Assembly (NCBI GenBank): GCA_963711295.1
Contig: CAVQDF010000006.1
Coordinates: forward strand, 111,464 to 175,463
Origin: an uncultured Cytophagales bacterium
Lineage (GTDB): Bacteria > Bacteroidota > Bacteroidia > Cytophagales > Hymenobacteraceae
Length of the DNA: 64,000 nucleotides
Direction: 5' to 3'
How positions within the stretch are numbered: position 1 is the stretch's first letter; the number at the start of each line of letters is the position of its first letter. The position numbers were made by a program, and so were the translations under genes. Below, piece after piece: positions 59,864 to 64,000 of this stretch. A model generated the notes under the pieces. It did not search any database and was not told the DNA's origin. It saw only the letters and a list, made by a program, of their open reading frames with translations.

Positions 59864-61561
59864 ATGTCTCAAACTCTTTATATCGTTCTGGCAGCCGTGC
59901 TGGCCCTTGTGGTTGGCGTGGTGCTCGGGCGCCTGCTGGCCGGGAAGGCCCGGCAGGATCATGAGGGTGATGCCAAAGCCAAAGCCCAGCAGATCCTTGC
60001 TGAGGCCGAAGCCCAGGCCACCCGCACCCGCGACGAGCGGATTCAGCAATCGAAAGACAAATTCCGCACCCTCAAGCAGGAATTCGAGCAGGAAAGCCGC
60101 CGCCAGAAGCAGGCCCTCGACCAGGAACTGACCGAACGCCGCGCCAGCGTGGTGGAGCAGGAGCAGAGCATCAAGCAGCTCGCCCAAACCACCCAGAAGC
60201 AGCTCGATCAGGTGCAGCGCAAGGAAAAGGAGCTCGATGCCACCAAGGAGCGGCTCGAAACCCAGGCCCAGCAGCAGCGCGAGAAGCTCGAAGCCCAGGA
60301 CGAGAAGCGTAAAGCTACCCTCGAAGGCCAGTTGGCCAAACTGGAGCAGCGCGAGGAAGAAGTGGAAACCGAGCTGCGCGACATCCGCCAGCAGCTCACC
60401 GAGAAAATCAGCGCCATTACCACCCAGCTCGAAACCATTTCGGGCCTCACGGCCGCCGAAGCCCGCGAGCAGCTGGTGGAAGGCCTCAAGAACGAAGCCC
60501 AGATTCAGGCCAGCTCCTACATCAAGGACGTGGTGGCCCAAAGCAAGCTCACGGCCACCAAGGACGCCAAGAAAATCGTGCTCGAAACCATTCAGCGCAC
60601 CGCCGCCGAGCACGCCATCGAAAACTGCGTCAGCATTTTCAACATCGAAAGTGATGATGTGAAGGGCAAGATCATCGGCCGCGAGGGCCGCAACATCCGG
60701 GCCCTGGAGGCCGCCACGGGCGTTGAAATCATCGTGGACGATACCCCGGAAGCCATCATCATCTCGGGCTTCGACCCGGTGCGCCGCGAAGTGGCCCGCC
60801 TGAGTTTGCACCTGCTGGTGAAGGACGGCCGGATTCACCCCGCCCGCATCGAGGAGATTGTGGCCAAAACCCGCAAGAACATCGACGAGGAAATCGTGGA
60901 AATCGGGGAGAAGACCATCATCGACCTCGGCATCCACGGCCTGCACCCCGAGCTGATCAAGATGGTGGGCCGGATGCGTTTCCGTAGCTCCTACGGCCAG
61001 AACCTGCTCCAGCACAGCCGCGAAGTGGCCAACCTCTGCGCCACCATGGCCGCCGAAATGGGCCTTAACGTGAAGCACGCCAAGCGCGCCGGCCTCCTGC
61101 ACGACATCGGCAAGGTAAGCACCGAGGAGCCCGAGCTGCCCCACGCCATTCTGGGCATGGAGATGGCCAAGAAGTACAAGGAGCATCCCGACGTGGTAAA
61201 CGCCATTGGCGCCCACCACGACGAGATGGAGATGACGGCCATGATTTCGCCGCTCGTGCAGGCCTGCGACGCCATTTCGGGCTCGCGCCCCGGTGCCCGC
61301 CGCGAGATGATGGAAAGCTACATCAAGCGCCTCAAGCAGCTCGAAGAAACCGCCAACGGCTTCAAGGGCGTGAATCAGTGCTTCGCCATTCAGGCCGGCC
61401 GCGAGCTGCGCGTGATGGTAGACGCCGAGAACGTAACCGACGAGCGCGCCGCCGAGCTGAGCTACGAAATCTCGCAGAAAATCGAGAAGGAAATGCAGTA
61501 CCCCGGCCAGATCAAAATCACGGTTATCCGCGAGATGCGCGCCGTGGCCTACGCCAAGTAG
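59864..61561 (+). CDS. rny: Ribonuclease Y
   Basis: N-terminal TM, coiled coil, KH domain ([14 protein letters not shown]), HD domain ([10 protein letters not shown]), [10 protein letters not shown]. Confidence 0.96.
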   Translation: MSQTLYIVLAAVLALVVGVVLGRLLAGKARQDHEGDAKAKAQQILAEAEAQATRTRDERIQQSKDKFRTLKQEFEQESRRQKQALDQELTERRASVVEQEQSIKQLAQTTQKQLDQVQRKEKELDATKERLETQAQQQREKLEAQDEKRKATLEGQLAKLEQREEEVETELRDIRQQLTEKISAITTQLETISGLTAAEAREQLVEGLKNEAQIQASSYIKDVVAQSKLTATKDAKKIVLETIQRTAAEHAIENCVSIFNIESDDVKGKIIGREGRNIRALEAATGVEIIVDDTPEAIIISGFDPVRREVARLSLHLLVKDGRIHPARIEEIVAKTRKNIDEEIVEIGEKTIIDLGIHGLHPELIKMVGRMRFRSSYGQNLLQHSREVANLCATMAAEMGLNVKHAKRAGLLHDIGKVSTEEPELPHAILGMEMAKKYKEHPDVVNAIGAHHDEMEMTAMISPLVQACDAISGSRPGARREMMESYIKRLKQLEETANGFKGVNQCFAIQAGRELRVMVDAENVTDERAAELSYEISQKIEKEMQYPGQIKITVIREMRAVAYAK

Positions 61562-61581
61562 CCCGCCGCTTTATCCTTCTG

Positions 61582-61620
61582 AAAAGCCCGCCGCAACGCT
61601 CGTTGCGGCGGGCTTTTTTT
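61582..61620 (+). terminator. Terminator of the pheT-zapA-rny operon
   Basis: AAAAGCCCGCCGCAACG-CT-CGTTGCGGCGGGCTTTTTT. Confidence 0.8.
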
Positions 61621-61707
61621 GGGCCGTGCAACTGCCCGCCGCATTACGGGCTCACTATGGTGCTCATCTAACCCAACTGATTATAACGCACGCCTATACC
61701 CTGACTT

Positions 61708-62502
61708 ATGCAGTGGTCAAATTGCACCAAAATTTATTTCGCCGGGCTTGCCACTGGCCTGCTGGCGGGCTGCTCGGTATACGTGCCCATGCTGCCCGCC
61801 GCCCCGCAGCTGCGCGACAAGGGGCAGGCGGAAGTGCAGGCCAACTCGTACTTGAATCGGCGCTGGGAAGCTGGCGCGACGTATTCGCCCGCCAAGTACG
61901 TGCTGGTGCGGGCCGCCGGTGGCATTCGCACCAGTCCGAACCGCCGGGCCGATAGTGCCCGCTACGAAAGCAGCCGACAGTACGAGCTGGCAGCCGGTGG
62001 CTACCTGCCCCTGGGCCGGAACGGGCTGGTAAGCGGGCTGCTGGGCTACGGGCGCGCGCGCAGCGCGAGTGCGTACAACGAGGGCGGTATTATCCGGCAG
62101 CCATACTACAATGATTTTCGGGCCCGTTACCACCGGCAGTTCGGCGAGCTGGCCGCCTCCTACTACTTCCCGGGTCGCCGCTCGGGGCTGACGGTAGGGG
62201 CGGCCTACCGCCTGAGCGGGGTCCGGTTCGATGAGCTGACCTACAACGGACAGCCGGTGGCCGTGCGACGCCTCACGCGCCACGAGCCCATGGCCTTTTG
62301 CCGGTTCGGCAGCCCCGAAAGCGCCGTGCCCTGGCTGCAGGTGCAGCTGGCCCTCGGGGCTTCTACCGAGCCCCGGCGCGCCTTCGACCCCACCCGGACC
62401 TACGCCGAAGCCCGGGTGCGCGAAGGCATCCCGTACATGGCCCTGAGCGTTATGGTACTGCCGCACCTGTTCCACCGCGCCCCAGCCGCGCCGAGCCGCT
62501 GA
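61708..62502 (+). CDS. Hypothetical lipoprotein / outer-membrane beta-barrel-like protein
   Basis: Lipobox LAGC; alternating aromatic beta-strands. Confidence 0.7.
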   Translation: MQWSNCTKIYFAGLATGLLAGCSVYVPMLPAAPQLRDKGQAEVQANSYLNRRWEAGATYSPAKYVLVRAAGGIRTSPNRRADSARYESSRQYELAAGGYLPLGRNGLVSGLLGYGRARSASAYNEGGIIRQPYYNDFRARYHRQFGELAASYYFPGRRSGLTVGAAYRLSGVRFDELTYNGQPVAVRRLTRHEPMAFCRFGSPESAVPWLQVQLALGASTEPRRAFDPTRTYAEARVREGIPYMALSVMVLPHLFHRAPAAPSR

Positions 62503-62639
62503 GCTGTATGGGCAGGGTGGCTGCCCTTGGCGCAACCCCTGACCTGGCAGGTGGCAGGTGCGCTTATTTGCCTTTCTCAGGCTTCTCGTTTACCCACACC
62601 GGTTTAGCCGGGCCACTACGGGGTGGGCAAGAGGCTGGC

Positions 62640-63173
62640 TCAGGCCTCGCGCAGGGGCGACCGGGCTTCCAGCCAGGCGGTAGGCACGCCTTCGTACATA
62701 AATTCGCCCTGGTGCTGAAACCCAACTTTGCCCAGCACTGCCCGCGAGGCCAGGTTGCGCATATCGGCCGCAGCATACAGCACGGGCAGGCCCAGCACGT
62801 CGAAGCCGTAGGCCACGCTGGCCCGGGCGGCTTCCGTGGCGAAACCCTGCCCCCAGAACCGCCGGATGAACCGGTAGCCTACATCATGAAAGCCCACGTG
62901 CCCGTTAAGGGGCTCTTGGATCAGTTTCAGGCCGGCCCAGCCGAGAAACTCTCCGGTAGCCCGCAGCTCCACTGCCCAGCGCCCGATACCGTTGGTTTGA
63001 TACTGCTGCCGAACAAACTCAATCGTAGCCTGGCTCTGGGCCAGCGACTGTACCGGCCGGTTGCCCAGAAACCGGTGCACCTGCGGGTCAGAGTCGAAAG
63101 CAAACAGGCCGGCGGCATCGGCGGGAGTCAGCTCCCGCAACAACAGCCGCTCCGTTTCAACAATTGCTTTCAT
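62640..63173 (-). CDS. RimJ/RimL-type GNAT acetyltransferase
   Basis: ETERLLLR, FLGWAGL, FWGQGFATEAA, NLASRAVLGKVGF. Confidence 0.9.
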   Translation of the reverse strand: MKAIVETERLLLRELTPADAAGLFAFDSDPQVHRFLGNRPVQSLAQSQATIEFVRQQYQTNGIGRWAVELRATGEFLGWAGLKLIQEPLNGHVGFHDVGYRFIRRFWGQGFATEAARASVAYGFDVLGLPVLYAAADMRNLASRAVLGKVGFQHQGEFMYEGVPTAWLEARSPLREA

Positions 63174-63913
63174 GGTGCAAAGAAAGGCGGCCGCATGGTA
63201 GCGGCCGCCGGCCTGGGAGCTATTCCTCGAGTTTCAGGCAGCGTGATTTCGCCCTCGAATTCGCCCGAGTCGGCCAGATCGTGAAGCCAGTACTCCGATG
63301 AAACTAGGCGTACGGCGAAGGTCGCGGGCGCATCGGTAGGCGTGGCGGTCAGCTCCCAAAGAATGTTGTCGGCGGCCGTGAAAGGCGTGGCGGCGGCCAG
63401 ATCGGCGGCGTAAAGGCGCTTGACGAGCGAGCGGTCGGAGAGGGCCGGGGCCAGGGCCCGGAGCACGAGGCCGGCCGTGAGCTCAGCAGGGGCGGTGTCG
63501 GCATCGGGGAAGCTGACGGTGGCCTGCACCAGCACGGCTTCGCCGTTCGGAAACTTGCCGTTGTAAGCCCGGCGCAGGAGCTGGTTGGCATCGAAGAGGT
63601 GGCGGTGCAGGCTGATTTCGGGGTATTCCTCGAAAATCTTGTCGTTCTGCATGTCGTGCGAAATCTGGTCGATCTGCCCCTCGTTCAGCTCTTCGCTGAG
63701 GCGGTAGTTGAGCAGCACGCTGGCCGCTTCGGCGGGGTCGAGGTCGGCCAGGGCCATGAGCGTCATTTCCTGGGTTTCGGGGTCGGAGAGGGCGTCGCCA
63801 TCGGCAAAGCCGGCCGCGCTCAGAATAGCGCGGTAGTCGGCGGTTTGCCAGGTGCCGGGAATTTCGGCCAGCGTTTCTTTGCTCGTAATGGTAGTCAGGC
63901 AGGGAATAGTCAT
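63170..63913 (-). CDS. Hypothetical protein (true stop may be near 63220)
   Basis: Acidic 230-247 aa ORF with host codon usage; LNEGQIDQISHDM...EEYP. Confidence 0.7.
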   Translation of the reverse strand: MTIPCLTTITSKETLAEIPGTWQTADYRAILSAAGFADGDALSDPETQEMTLMALADLDPAEAASVLLNYRLSEELNEGQIDQISHDMQNDKIFEEYPEISLHRHLFDANQLLRRAYNGKFPNGEAVLVQATVSFPDADTAPAELTAGLVLRALAPALSDRSLVKRLYAADLAAATPFTAADNILWELTATPTDAPATFAVRLVSSEYWLHDLADSGEFEGEITLPETRGIAPRPAAATMRPPFFAP

Positions 63914-63940
63914 GGGTTGGGAAAAGTCAGAAAGAAGAAA

Positions 63941-63965
63941 GTAGCGCGAGGCTTCCGCTTCGCGC
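63941..63965 (+). repeat. GTAG-type REP
   Basis: GTAGCGCGAGGCTTCCGCTTCGCGC hairpin. Confidence 0.6.
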
Positions 63966-64000
63966 CGTGGCCCACTGGTTTGGCGTGGGCTTTGGTGGGC

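Overview
64 kb of GC-rich chromosome from a Bacteroidota/Cytophagales bacterium, most like Hymenobacter. The inference rests on T9SS C-terminal domains, TAnnTTTG -7 promoters, a tmRNA tag GEYSYAMAA and the pheT-zapA-rny gene order. Most of the window is housekeeping and accessory metabolism: clpB, pfkB, peptidases, nfi, icd, dnaX, ssrA, uvsE, radC, pheT, zapA and rny. About ten genes carry single-base frameshifts, which points to an uncorrected long-read assembly rather than true pseudogenes. No CRISPR array, prophage, integrase or transposase gene is visible. The most interesting non-standard structures are: (1) a cassette-like toxin-antitoxin/DUF2971 array upstream of clpB, where each unit is bounded by a conserved GC-rich direct repeat and three antitoxins share an N-terminal domain but have swapped C-termini; (2) a dense, partly nested set of palindromic repeat elements, namely CGTC/GTAG REP doublets and inverted arrays of 7-, 8- and 9-mers, with three heptamer arrays in the 5' UTR, coding sequence and 3' flank of pheT; (3) an A9G slippery site that splits dnaX into gamma and tau parts; (4) an S9 peptidase that has lost its catalytic serine; (5) two unannotated small membrane proteins.
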